Part shown: positions 14,723 to 24,157 of the stretch, in pieces
How positions within the stretch are numbered: the stretch's first letter is position 1
Layout: the number at the start of each line of letters is the position of its first letter
Program-made: the position numbers and the translations under genes
Notes under the pieces: generated by a model
Told to the model about the DNA's origin: nothing
Seen by the model: the letters and a program-made list of their open reading frames with translations, nothing else
Database searches by the model: none
From: an uncultured Acidimicrobiia bacterium
GTDB lineage: Bacteria; Acidobacteriota; Terriglobia; Versatilivoradales; Versatilivoraceae
Assembly: GCA_963786955.1 (NCBI GenBank)
Contig: CAWBAT010000005.1
Span: forward strand, 1,120,001-1,184,000
Length of the DNA: 64,000 bases
Direction of reading: 5' to 3'

Positions 14723-16702
14723 CCCAACTTCGTCACGTTAGAGTCGATTTTAGTTTTTTTGATGGTTGGGGCGAGGGAAGTGGTTTGTTTACAGCACTGG
14801 GATTGTGGAAAGCCGATGTAGTGCAGACCTACCCCCTTGTGTGGGCTCGATCGGCATGTCACTATCGGGCCTTATGTTTCTGCGATCTCATCAGCGAAGC
14901 AAAGATGGTAAGGATCATCGTTACTGGTCTTTGGTCGAGACGGTTCGCACGCCTGACGGGCCAAGGCAGCGAACGCTCTGTTACCTGGGAGAACTGAATG
15001 GCAACGCGCAGGCCCGTTGGCTAAAGACCATTGAGGTGTTCAACGAACAAGGGGAAAGTCGTCAGTTAAAGTTGTTTCCGGCGGAGGTGGAGTTTTCCGA
15101 CAACGATCCGAATGTGGCGCGAGTGTTGTTGAAGAAAGTTCGTTTGGAACGAACGCGCCAGTTTGGAAACTGTTTTTTGGGTCTGGAACTGTGGAAGCGA
15201 CTGGGACTGGATAGGTTTTACGAAGGGCAGCTGGATCAAGAGAGGGCCCAGGTTGGCTGGTCGCGGGTGGCGGCGGTTCTGGCGATCAACCGGCTGTGTG
15301 CTCCTGGCAGTGAGTTGTCGATTGAAGAGCGTTGGTATCCGTCCACAGCCTTGGATGATCTGCTGGGGATTGGGGAGGGCCAGCTCAACGACACCCGCCT
15401 GTATCGTTGTCTGGATCGTTTGTTGCCGCACAAGAAGAAGCTGGAACAACATCTCAAGCAGCGTTATGGGGAACTGTTTGGGGCGGAGTTTGATGTCCTG
15501 CTGTATGACCTGACGAGCAGTTATGTGGAAGGGGCCGCCGAGCAGAACCCGCTGCTGCAGCGCGGGTATTCGCGGGATCACCGGCCCGACTGCAAGCAGT
15601 TGATCATCGCTTTGATTGTGAATGTCGAGGGATTTCCATTCAGTTACGAGACTATGGATGGAGACCGTGCGGATGTGACCACGCTGGAAACGATGTTGCA
15701 AATGGTGGAGCGAAAGTATGGAAAGGCACGGCGGGTGTGGGTATTTGACCGGGGGATCGTCAGTGAGGAGAACCTGGCTGCTTTGCGAAAACGCGGGGGG
15801 CAGTATTTGGTGGGAACGCCGCGGAAGAAGCTGAAGGAGTTTGAACAGGAGTTACTGGCAGAGGGCTGGGAGCAGGTGCGGCCGGAGGTAGAAGTGAAAC
15901 TGGTCGCGACGCCGGCTGGCGAAGAAACCTACGTGTTGTGCCGGACGGCCGCTCGCCAGCAGAAAGAGAGGGCGATTCGGAGTCGCTTCTCGGCCCGGAT
16001 CGAGGAGGCGCTCGGTCGACTCGCCAAACGCGTGCGGGAGGGAAGGCTCAAAGACCGCAACAAGATCGAGCGCCAGATCGGAAAGATCCAAGCCCGCCAT
16101 CCGCAGGTGGCGGATTTGTACCAGATGGATGTTGAGGAAACCAGCCAGGGGCTTCGCTTCGTCTGGAAGCTGGTGAAGGACTGCCAAGCCTGGCAGCAAC
16201 TGCGCGAGGGTGCTTACCTGCTGAGGACCAATCTACAGGCTGAGAGCGCTGAACAGCTCTGGAGCCAATACATCCAACTGACGGAAGCCGAGGCGGCGTT
16301 TCGTGTCTTAAAGAGCGAACTGTTGATTCGTCCGCTCTTTCATCAGCTCGAACGCCGCGTGAAGTCCCATGTCTTGGTGGCCTTCCTGGGTTACGCGCTC
16401 TGGGTGACGCTCAAACATCTTCTTCATCGAAAAGGCTCAAAGCTGTCTCCGGCCAAAGCCTTGTCGCTGCTGTCAAGCGTACACAGCACTGACATCATCC
16501 TTCCGACAACCGACGGCCGTCAGATCAGGTTGCGTCGAGTGACGACGCCGACCGAAGAGCAAAATACCTTACTCGACCACCTCGGCTTGGAGTTGCCCGA
16601 AAGACTCAATTTTGACTATGAATGTAGTGCAGACTTAGCAGCAGGCTAAATTGTTTCTAAACGACTTAACAGAAAATCAGGTCACTTCGTGACGAACTTG
16701 GG
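14723..16702 (+). mobile_element. IS1634-family-like insertion sequence, 1980 bp
   Basis: 15-bp inverted repeats CCCAACTTCGTCACG (14723-14737) and CGTGACGAACTTGGG (16688-16702), one mismatch; 4-bp duplication CTAA at 14719-14722 and 16703-16706. Confidence 0.9.
14874..16649 (+). CDS. DDE transposase (IS1634 family)
   Basis: LLYDLTSSYVEG, RGYSRDHRPD, VFDRG and Y..L..AEAAFR.LKS.L.IRP.FHQ..RV..HV; start set at ATG 14874. Confidence 0.9.
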   Translation: MFLRSHQRSKDGKDHRYWSLVETVRTPDGPRQRTLCYLGELNGNAQARWLKTIEVFNEQGESRQLKLFPAEVEFSDNDPNVARVLLKKVRLERTRQFGNCFLGLELWKRLGLDRFYEGQLDQERAQVGWSRVAAVLAINRLCAPGSELSIEERWYPSTALDDLLGIGEGQLNDTRLYRCLDRLLPHKKKLEQHLKQRYGELFGAEFDVLLYDLTSSYVEGAAEQNPLLQRGYSRDHRPDCKQLIIALIVNVEGFPFSYETMDGDRADVTTLETMLQMVERKYGKARRVWVFDRGIVSEENLAALRKRGGQYLVGTPRKKLKEFEQELLAEGWEQVRPEVEVKLVATPAGEETYVLCRTAARQQKERAIRSRFSARIEEALGRLAKRVREGRLKDRNKIERQIGKIQARHPQVADLYQMDVEETSQGLRFVWKLVKDCQAWQQLREGAYLLRTNLQAESAEQLWSQYIQLTEAEAAFRVLKSELLIRPLFHQLERRVKSHVLVAFLGYALWVTLKHLLHRKGSKLSPAKALSLLSSVHSTDIILPTTDGRQIRLRRVTTPTEEQNTLLDHLGLELPERLNFDYECSADLAAG

Positions 16703-17084
16703 CTAAGCCTCCAAAGTTGTAGGCATGAAGCATTCTCAATGCTTCAACACCGCCCCGGCGTTAACGTCACCGTAATCACGAATAGCTGTTCTAAGTAACC
16801 GCATTCCACCTCACGACCCAGCTATTTTCTGCTTCCAGACCTGGGGGATTCCCGCTTTCCCGGGTCTCATTATCCTCCCGCATCTTCTTCACTCTGTTCC
16901 CCTTTCCCCCGTTTTGCACCTGCCCTACTTGAAGCCGCAACTTACGGAATTCTCTTGATTTGAACATGATGGGATCCCAGTCAAAATAAGGGGGAAGGTC
17001 AACCAATCAAAATAATGCCTTCCCCAAATTATGCCGATTTAGCTTTCTATAGAATGGTTTAGTCTGGATTGAAGGTCGGGCGAC

Positions 17085-17780
17085 ATGAAATCTGAAGCCT
17101 CAGCAAAAATATGGGTTGTGGATGATGATGTTGGATATGCCGGCGTGCTGGTAGACTGTTTTGCGGGTCTCAAATTCGATGTCGTCTATATGGACTCGGG
17201 CGAGAAGGCTTTGGAGGAACTTGAGCGGTCGAGGCCAGATCTGATCCTGCTGGATATTAAAATGCCCCTGATGGATGGCTTCGAATTGTGCCAGCGAATT
17301 CGAAGCCATCCCGAATACGATGGGGTCCTTATCATCATGCTGACCGGGGTGGGGGAAGTCGAGGACAAGATTAAGGCCATCGAAATTGGTGCTAACGATT
17401 ACGTGGTCAAGCCTTCCGGGCTCTCGCAATTGTTTGAGGTGATTGCCCGGGTCAACCGCTTTCTCGAAACCAAGCGCGGATATCTTCAAAAAATGGAAGA
17501 AGAGAAATTCGGGGCACTAAAGGGCACCACGAATACCCTCTGCCACGAGATCAATAACCCGCTCACCGCCATCTTTGGTTCAGCCAGAACTCTTGCCAAC
17601 CGGCTGGCAGAGAGGGACGAATTCTCAGACTTGCTAAGGGAAACCAACAATATCCTGGACGCTTCCCAGAGAATTCGCACGATCACCCAACAACTGGCTC
17701 GCGCAATCCGCGTGGTCACCACCGAGCCGGTCCCTGGGGTAACCATGATCGATCTCGACGCCTCTGCCAAGGAAGAGTAA
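17085..17780 (+). CDS. Receiver domain + HisKA-like dimerisation domain protein (no ATPase domain)
   Basis: VVDDD, LLDIKMP and YVVKP in the receiver; H-box CHEINNPL; protein ends ~75 aa after the His. Confidence 0.85.
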   Translation: MKSEASAKIWVVDDDVGYAGVLVDCFAGLKFDVVYMDSGEKALEELERSRPDLILLDIKMPLMDGFELCQRIRSHPEYDGVLIIMLTGVGEVEDKIKAIEIGANDYVVKPSGLSQLFEVIARVNRFLETKRGYLQKMEEEKFGALKGTTNTLCHEINNPLTAIFGSARTLANRLAERDEFSDLLRETNNILDASQRIRTITQQLARAIRVVTTEPVPGVTMIDLDASAKEE

Positions 17781-18006
17781 TCCTACAGTGCCAACAGACC
17801 TTCGGGACAGCCCTGGCAGGACAGCCTCGCCGAGACTGCCGATGATTTAGCGTGCCATCCAATTGCCTCTTCCTTTAATTTACCCGAACGGGATTCCTAT
17901 CTGACTGCAGTGCTACGGACATGGCCGCCGATGAACGCTGATAAACAGGAAAGAGAAGAAGGGTTTGCTTACGGCTGAGCCTTCAATTGTCAGGTTCGTA
18001 AACAGC

Positions 18007-18240
18007 TCAAGAGGCCTCCTGCCGGAAGGCTTCCAGAGTCCAAATGGTCACATCTTCTCCCCAACGATTGCGCAGAACATAAAAGTTGTTGTCTTCGGCT
18101 CTGACTCGAAAATAGCTGTTGCCGGGACTGTACCACTGGTCTGTCACCTCTTTAACTTCAAGGCACCGATCTCCCAGAAAAAAGCGCAAGGGGCGCTCAT
18201 CAGCCTTATATCCGGAATGACATTCAACCCGAATGCGCAT
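18007..18240 (-). CDS. Small hypothetical protein
   Basis: MRIRVECHSGYKADERP..DQWY...SYFRV; co-oriented behind the Mo-hydroxylase operon. Confidence 0.7.
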   Translation of the reverse strand: MRIRVECHSGYKADERPLRFFLGDRCLEVKEVTDQWYSPGNSYFRVRAEDNNFYVLRNRWGEDVTIWTLEAFRQEAS

Positions 18241-18299
18241 AAGTTGTATCGTTGCCCCCTGAACAACTGGCAACAGGAAAGCAATTTCGGAATTCGAGC

Positions 18300-20576
18300 T
18301 TATGGGTTCTGTTTCTGCTGTAGAGCCTTAAAGATTCGCGGCGGAGACATGGGCAGCTCATACATTCGCACGCCGATGGCGTGATAAATGGCATTCGCAA
18401 TAGCCGCGGGCGGCGGGACAATCGGAACCTCACCGACTCCACGCACTCCGTAAGGGTGGCCCGGGTTGGGGACCTCGACAATAATGGTTTCTATCATCGG
18501 TAGATCCAGGCTTGTTGGCATTCGATAGTCCAAGAAACTGGCGTTCAGCATTTGTCCGGTTTCATTATAAACGTACTCCTCGTTGAGGGCCCAGCCGATT
18601 CCCTGCACAGCCCCACCTTGCATTTGACCTTCGACATAGCTCGGGTGGATGGCTTTTCCAACATCCTGAACCGCCGTATATCGCAAGATGGTCACTTTGC
18701 CTGTTTCCGGATCCACCTCAACATCAGCAATATGAGTTGCAAACGCCCCGCCCACGCCGGCGGGGGTAACCGTTGTGCGGGTCCCGATATCAATGCCTCT
18801 CTCGGCCAGATTTGCGGCGAGCTTTTTGAAGGTGATGGTCTGCTCGGGGTTGGGGATTGATGAAAACAGGCCATCTTCATAACGGACCTGGTCTGGATTG
18901 ACCTTCCACAGCTTAGCAGCTTCCGCGATCAACTGTTTCTTGATCTCTTGGCCTGCCTCATAGGCGGCCCAACCGGTCGCAAAGGTCACGCGGCTTCCCC
19001 CGGTTACTTCCGTGTAACCGACGGACTCGGTGTCGACCACCGATGGGTGCACGTCTTCTGCTCGAATCCCGAGAGACTCGGCGAGTTGCATCGCCACCGA
19101 CGTCCGGGTGCCGCCAATGTCTGTAGAGCCTTCCGCCAGAGTGACGGTTCCGTCACCATTGAGTCGTGTCACGACACTGGAAGTGAAGCCCACATTCAAC
19201 CAATAACCGGAAGCCACCCCTCTTCCTCGATACGGTCCAGCCAGGGGAGAGCGATAGTGCTCGGAGCTGCGGGCGGCCTCAACAGTTTCGATATTGCCAA
19301 TCTTGGGATGGCGTACGCCATGAGACTGAAGATCACCCTCCTTGGCGGCATTCTTGAGGCGGAATTCAAAGGGGTCCATTGCGAGGAGCTCGCAGAATTC
19401 ATCGATCAAAGCTTCGGTCGCAAATTCGGCGTTGGGAGCTCCCGGTGCTCGATAGGCCGCCGTTTTCGGCTTGTTGACGACTACGTCGTACATTTCAATG
19501 ACCACGTTTTCCACGTTGTACGGGGCGATCAAACAAATCCCTCCGCAATTCACAATGGATCCTGGGAACGCACCCGCTTCGTAGGCCAGCATGGCCTCGA
19601 CAGCGGTGATGTGACCGTCCCGCGTAACCCCCATTTTCAAGCGGACGTAGGACGCAGAAGTCGGCCCGGATCCAATAAAAACTTCCGTTCGGTTCATCTG
19701 GACCTTCACCGGACGTCTGGCTTTTTGGGAGAGCAAGGCGGCAATGGGTTCCACATAGACGGGAATCTTTCCGCCAAACCCTCCGCCAATCTCGGTCGGA
19801 ATTACTTTGAGTTTTGAAACCGGGATGTTGAGGATTTGATGCACACTCGTGCGGACGGTAAAAGCACCTTGCGTACTGCTCCATATCGTGAGTTGGCCAT
19901 CGGCATTCCACGATGCCGTGGCGGCGTGAGGCTCGATATACCCCTGATGGACTGTGGCGCTTCGATATTCACGTTCAAGAATGTGGTCAGCCGCGGCAAA
20001 TCCTGCCTGGATATCCCCTTTTTGAAAGGTCTGATGAGAAGCCACATTACTCGGAGCAGCGCTCTTGTGGCCCAGCTCGTCAGTGTGAAGGGTTTCGTGC
20101 AGCAAGGGAGAGGTTTCTTTCATGGCCGCGAGAACTTCGAGGACAACGGGAAGCACTTCGTATTCAACCTCGATCTGCTTCAGCGCCTCTTCTGCAATAT
20201 GAGGGCTGGTGGCAGCCACGGCGGCAATGGCATGGCCATGATAAAGGACCTTGCCCGAAGCCAGCACATTCTGGCTCAGGTATTTGAGAGGAACTTCCCC
20301 TAACTCCCCCAAGAGAGCCGTACGATCACCCATATCCGGAAGATCAACGGCTGTCACGACGGCTTTGACTCCCGCCATCGCCTCTGCTTTTTCTGTCTTG
20401 ATCGATTTGATTCGGGCATGGGCGTGGGGGCTGCGCAAAATCTTCCCATGGAGCAGCCCGGTAAGCTGGATATCGGCCCCATACAAAGCTCTTCCTGTGA
20501 CTTTGTCTACTCCATCGTGTCGTACAGGCCGTGTGCCAATGACTTTGTAAGGCCCCTCCATCGTTGTCGAACTCAT
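18300..20576 (-). CDS. Xanthine dehydrogenase-family molybdopterin-binding (large) subunit
   Basis: DKVTGRALY, LRSPHAHA, IGGGFGGK, AYRAPG, EGQMQGG and RGVGE. Confidence 0.92.
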   Translation of the reverse strand: MSSTTMEGPYKVIGTRPVRHDGVDKVTGRALYGADIQLTGLLHGKILRSPHAHARIKSIKTEKAEAMAGVKAVVTAVDLPDMGDRTALLGELGEVPLKYLSQNVLASGKVLYHGHAIAAVAATSPHIAEEALKQIEVEYEVLPVVLEVLAAMKETSPLLHETLHTDELGHKSAAPSNVASHQTFQKGDIQAGFAAADHILEREYRSATVHQGYIEPHAATASWNADGQLTIWSSTQGAFTVRTSVHQILNIPVSKLKVIPTEIGGGFGGKIPVYVEPIAALLSQKARRPVKVQMNRTEVFIGSGPTSASYVRLKMGVTRDGHITAVEAMLAYEAGAFPGSIVNCGGICLIAPYNVENVVIEMYDVVVNKPKTAAYRAPGAPNAEFATEALIDEFCELLAMDPFEFRLKNAAKEGDLQSHGVRHPKIGNIETVEAARSSEHYRSPLAGPYRGRGVASGYWLNVGFTSSVVTRLNGDGTVTLAEGSTDIGGTRTSVAMQLAESLGIRAEDVHPSVVDTESVGYTEVTGGSRVTFATGWAAYEAGQEIKKQLIAEAAKLWKVNPDQVRYEDGLFSSIPNPEQTITFKKLAANLAERGIDIGTRTTVTPAGVGGAFATHIADVEVDPETGKVTILRYTAVQDVGKAIHPSYVEGQMQGGAVQGIGWALNEEYVYNETGQMLNASFLDYRMPTSLDLPMIETIIVEVPNPGHPYGVRGVGEVPIVPPPAAIANAIYHAIGVRMYELPMSPPRIFKALQQKQNP

Positions 20577-21058
20577 TTTTTCAATTCCTCCAGGCGACTT
20601 TCTGCGTCAAGAACCGCTCGAATGATCTTATCGTAGCCGGTGCAGCGGCACAAATTTCCGGCACACCAGTGGCGGATCTCGGCTTCCGTGGCGTGTGGAT
20701 TACGGTCTAGCAGAGCCTTCGCAGCGACAATAAATCCCGGTGTACAAATGCCACATTGGAGCGCGGCGTTCTCAAGAAACGCCTGCTGCAAGGGATGTAA
20801 TCCATTGGGTCCCATGACCCCCTCGATCGTTTCGATGAGGGCTCCCTCTGCTTCTGGTCCTAACACGAGGCAGGAGTTGACGAGCAAGCCATTCATGATG
20901 ACGTTACAAGCCCCACAATTCCCATTATTACAGCCTTCTTTGGAACCGATGAGGTTGAGCTCATCCCGCAAGACTTCCAGCAGGCTTTGTCGCGGCTCGC
21001 AGAGAAACTCGATATGGTCTCCGTTGATCGTGGTGTTGACCTGGACTTTTCCTGGCAT
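20573..21058 (-). CDS. Xanthine dehydrogenase-family 2x[2Fe-2S] small subunit
   Basis: GCNNGNCGAC..C, QCGICTPG and GNLCRCTGY. Confidence 0.95.
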   Translation of the reverse strand: MPGKVQVNTTINGDHIEFLCEPRQSLLEVLRDELNLIGSKEGCNNGNCGACNVIMNGLLVNSCLVLGPEAEGALIETIEGVMGPNGLHPLQQAFLENAALQCGICTPGFIVAAKALLDRNPHATEAEIRHWCAGNLCRCTGYDKIIRAVLDAESRLEELKK

Positions 21059-21060
21059 CG

Positions 21061-21936
21061 TTAAGCCCCCTTTGCTCGTTCAATAGCCGAATGAAGCGCA
21101 CGGCGGGTCAGGACCCCCACCAGATGGCGCCGGTATTCCGCAGTTCCTCGCATATCGGTAATTGGATGCGAAACAGCCTGTGCTGAAGCGGCCGCTTTCT
21201 GAATCGATTCCTCGCTGATCTTTTTTCCGGTGAGATAGGATCCCGCTTCTTTTGCCAACAAAGGGGTGGGGGCCACGGCTCCAAGAGCGATTCTTGCTCG
21301 AACGCACGTCAGTCGATCCGCGCTTAACTCGATGGAAACCCCGCAGCCGACCACGGCGATGTCCATTTCATTCCGAGGAATAAATCGCAAATAGCTTGCG
21401 CCAAAATGCTTCGGTGGAGGTGGGATCTTCAGGGCAACCAGGAGTTCGGTGGGCGACAATACGTTTTTTCCCGGCGCGGTGCAAAAATCCTCCACGGGAA
21501 CCGTTCTTGTGCCTTCAGGCCCCGCAATCCAACAGACCGCATGATGCGCGATGAGTGCAGGAATCGAATCTGCGGCCGGCGATGAGTTACAGAGGTTTCC
21601 CCCGAACGAGGCGCGGCTTTGGATTTGGACGCCGCCGACGAGCGATGCGGCGTCGACTAGCCCCGGGTAGATTTTTTGGATCCCAGGGTCTTCATAGATC
21701 CGGTAGCAAGGGACAGAGGCGCCCAGATGAAGGCCTTGAATCGGGTCGTACCGCATTTCTATCAGTTCGGGGATCTTCTTGATATCGATCATCATGTCGA
21801 GATGACGGCGGTCTTCCCTGACCTGGACGATTAGGTCCGTCCCGCCACTCAAAACTCGAGCACGATTTCCTTTTACCTGGAGTAAGGCAAGCGCTCCCTG
21901 CAAAGTGGACGGAGCCGCGTATTCAAACGTTTGCAA
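21061..21936 (-). CDS. Xanthine dehydrogenase-family FAD-binding medium subunit
   Basis: SGGTDL, ASFGGNLCNSSPAAD and D.RGTAEYR; TTG start after an AGGGAGG RBS. Confidence 0.92.
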   Translation of the reverse strand: MQTFEYAAPSTLQGALALLQVKGNRARVLSGGTDLIVQVREDRRHLDMMIDIKKIPELIEMRYDPIQGLHLGASVPCYRIYEDPGIQKIYPGLVDAASLVGGVQIQSRASFGGNLCNSSPAADSIPALIAHHAVCWIAGPEGTRTVPVEDFCTAPGKNVLSPTELLVALKIPPPPKHFGASYLRFIPRNEMDIAVVGCGVSIELSADRLTCVRARIALGAVAPTPLLAKEAGSYLTGKKISEESIQKAAASAQAVSHPITDMRGTAEYRRHLVGVLTRRALHSAIERAKGA

Positions 21937-22017
21937 TTTTCTTACCTCCCTATGTTCTGATCGAAGAATAATCGAACGAAGAAAGAGAATCAATCGAAAG
22001 CGAAATAATGTAGAGAA

Positions 22018-23187
22018 TCACCGACTGATCTGCCGGGTGGCTTCTTCGATTCGGTCCAGAGCGTTTGCCAGGTTCTCCATTGAATTGGCGTAGGAGAGTC
22101 GAATGAATCCTTCACCGTAGGCCCCGAACGAGGCACCTGAAAGGACCGCCACGCCTGCCTTATCGAGCAGGTAGTCCGCAAAGTCAGCACTGTTCATTCC
22201 AAAAGACCGGATGTTGGGAAACGCATAAAATGCCCCTGGAGGACAAACACAGTGAATCCCGGGTATGGCATTGAGCCGCTTCCAAACGAAGTCTCGCCTG
22301 CTTCGAAACTCCTCCACCATCTGATGGACTTCCTTCTTTGTGTGAGTCAGCGCCACCAGGCCGGCTCTTTGGACGAATGGAGCCGTGCAAGAGACGCTGT
22401 TCGTAACCAGAGTAGAGATGTGTGTCTGCAAGTCTGGATGCATGATTCCGTAACCCAATCGCCAGCCCGTCATGGCATAGGTCTTCGAAAAACCATCTAA
22501 GATGACGGTTCGCGCAAGCATATCCGGGAATGAGCTGATACTGTGATGTTTGCCTTCATACAGGATCTTCCCGTAAATTTCATCGGACAGAATCCAGATA
22601 TCTTTGTCTCTGGCAATGTCTGCGATCGCCTCGAGATCGCCTTCGGTGAGGACACCGCCGGTAGGGTTCTGAGGTGAATTGATAATAATCAACCTCGTCT
22701 TAGAGGTGACTCTTTGCTTCAGGTCTTCTACTCTGAACCGGAAATCGTGCTCTTCAACAAGAGGAAGTGAAACAGGTTTTCCACCGACGAAGTTGATCAT
22801 CGATTCGTAGATCGGGAACCCGGGGTTTGGAGTAATGACCTCATCTCCGTCATCGACGACGGCCAGGATGAGGTAAAACATAATGGGTTTGGCGCCGGGC
22901 GTGATCACAACCCAATCCGGATCCACCGAGATTCCTCTGGTTTGCCCGACTTCTGTGGCAATGGCTGCGCGAAGTTCGTTCAATCCCGATGGACCACAAT
23001 AATGCGTATACCCCTCATCGAGCGCCTGTTTCGCGGAATCGATCACCGCTTTGGGAGTGGGGAAATCAGGCTCGCCAATTTCGAGATGGATAATTTGCCT
23101 GCCTTGAGCCTCCAGGGCCTTGGCTTTTACCAAAACCTGGAAGGCACTCTCCGTTCCAAGTTTGCTGAGACGTTTGGCCAGTTTCAA
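22018..23187 (-). CDS. PLP-dependent class I/II aminotransferase
   Basis: IGEPDF, NSPQNPTG, SDEIY and SKTYAMTGWRLG; TTG start after AAGGAG. Confidence 0.93.
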   Translation of the reverse strand: MKLAKRLSKLGTESAFQVLVKAKALEAQGRQIIHLEIGEPDFPTPKAVIDSAKQALDEGYTHYCGPSGLNELRAAIATEVGQTRGISVDPDWVVITPGAKPIMFYLILAVVDDGDEVITPNPGFPIYESMINFVGGKPVSLPLVEEHDFRFRVEDLKQRVTSKTRLIIINSPQNPTGGVLTEGDLEAIADIARDKDIWILSDEIYGKILYEGKHHSISSFPDMLARTVILDGFSKTYAMTGWRLGYGIMHPDLQTHISTLVTNSVSCTAPFVQRAGLVALTHTKKEVHQMVEEFRSRRDFVWKRLNAIPGIHCVCPPGAFYAFPNIRSFGMNSADFADYLLDKAGVAVLSGASFGAYGEGFIRLSYANSMENLANALDRIEEATRQISR

Positions 23188-23191
23188 ATGT

Positions 23192-24040
23192 TTACTCCTT
23201 ATCCGTTGAATCGAGCAAAATTTTGTAAAGGGTCCGTTTAGGGATGCGAAACTGAATGGCCAGTTCTTTAAGCGCTTCATTCTTAGTCATTCCCAGCCGT
23301 TCGATCAACTCCTTGGTTTTTTCTTCGACCAGGTCTTTCATAGGGAGGCTTGAGGGGATCTCGGGCAAGTGTTTTTTCTCGAGGATCAAAACAATTTCGC
23401 CCTTTACAGGTTTTTTTGAAAAGTGGATGAGTGCCTCCGCGACGGTTCCAAAGAAAATCTCTTCGTAGATTTTTGTGATTTCTCTGACAACGGTGATCAG
23501 TCTTGGACCCAGGATTTCTTGAACATCCGCAAGCGTATCCAACAACCGGAGGGGCGATTCAAAAAGGATCACGGTATGGAGTTCTTCTTGGAGCGATTCT
23601 AAGCTCGCGCGGCGAGGATTCTTCCGCGCCGGAAGAAAGCCGAGAAAGATAAAGGAGTCTGTCGGACGGCCTGACGCGCTGAGGGCCGCGGTAAAAGAAC
23701 AGGGACCCGGAATCGGAACAACGCGAATTCCGTTCTCGAGAGCCTTTCGAACGATTCGGTATCCAGGGTCGGAGATGCAGGGTGTCCCCGCGTCGCTGAC
23801 GAGGGCAATTTGTCGCCCGTTTTGTAACTCCGTGAGTAGGCGCGAAGCCTTCTCCAGTTCATTGTGTTCGTGGTAGCTGATTTTGGGCTTATCAATTTGA
23901 TAATGTGTCAGGAGCTTCACCGTATGGCGAGTATCTTCGCAGGCGATCCAGTCGACTTCTCTTAGAACCTGGAGAGCACGCAAGGTAATATCTTCCAAAT
24001 TTCCAATGGGCGTGGCTACTACGTAAAGGGTACCAGACAT
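23192..24040 (-). CDS. rsmI: 16S rRNA (cytidine1402-2'-O)-methyltransferase
   Basis: LYVVATPIGNLEDIT, ACEDTR and SDAGTPCISDPG. Confidence 0.96.
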   Translation of the reverse strand: MSGTLYVVATPIGNLEDITLRALQVLREVDWIACEDTRHTVKLLTHYQIDKPKISYHEHNELEKASRLLTELQNGRQIALVSDAGTPCISDPGYRIVRKALENGIRVVPIPGPCSFTAALSASGRPTDSFIFLGFLPARKNPRRASLESLQEELHTVILFESPLRLLDTLADVQEILGPRLITVVREITKIYEEIFFGTVAEALIHFSKKPVKGEIVLILEKKHLPEIPSSLPMKDLVEEKTKELIERLGMTKNEALKELAIQFRIPKRTLYKILLDSTDKE

Positions 24041-24157
24041 GAAGAATTTGTACTTACAGAAAGCATGGCGTCAACATTTTCCCCCAAAGTAGGAGAATTC
24101 ATAAAGCGGACCCTTCAAGCAAGAGAGGACAATATCCCCAAACGGAAATCGGCAAGG

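Larger units (their letters stand above)
14647..16790 (+). mobile_element. 160-bp MITE-like element, copy 1 (14647-14722 + 16707-16790), interrupted by an IS
   Basis: Imperfect 26-bp terminal inverted repeats (including perfect TACGGTGACGTTA/TAACGTCACCGTA), flanked by CTAAG at 14642-14646 and 16791-16795. Colinear with 36013-36172. Confidence 0.8.

Noticed and set aside
17805-17840. Three GGACAGCC-like units at 14-bp spacing
   Set aside because: Short, imperfect and between convergent genes; compatible with chance and far too short for CRISPR.
18300-20576. Aerobic CO dehydrogenase CoxL
   Set aside because: The active-site loop is AYRAPG, lacking the Cu-binding Cys of AYxCSFR; no cox accessory genes are adjacent.
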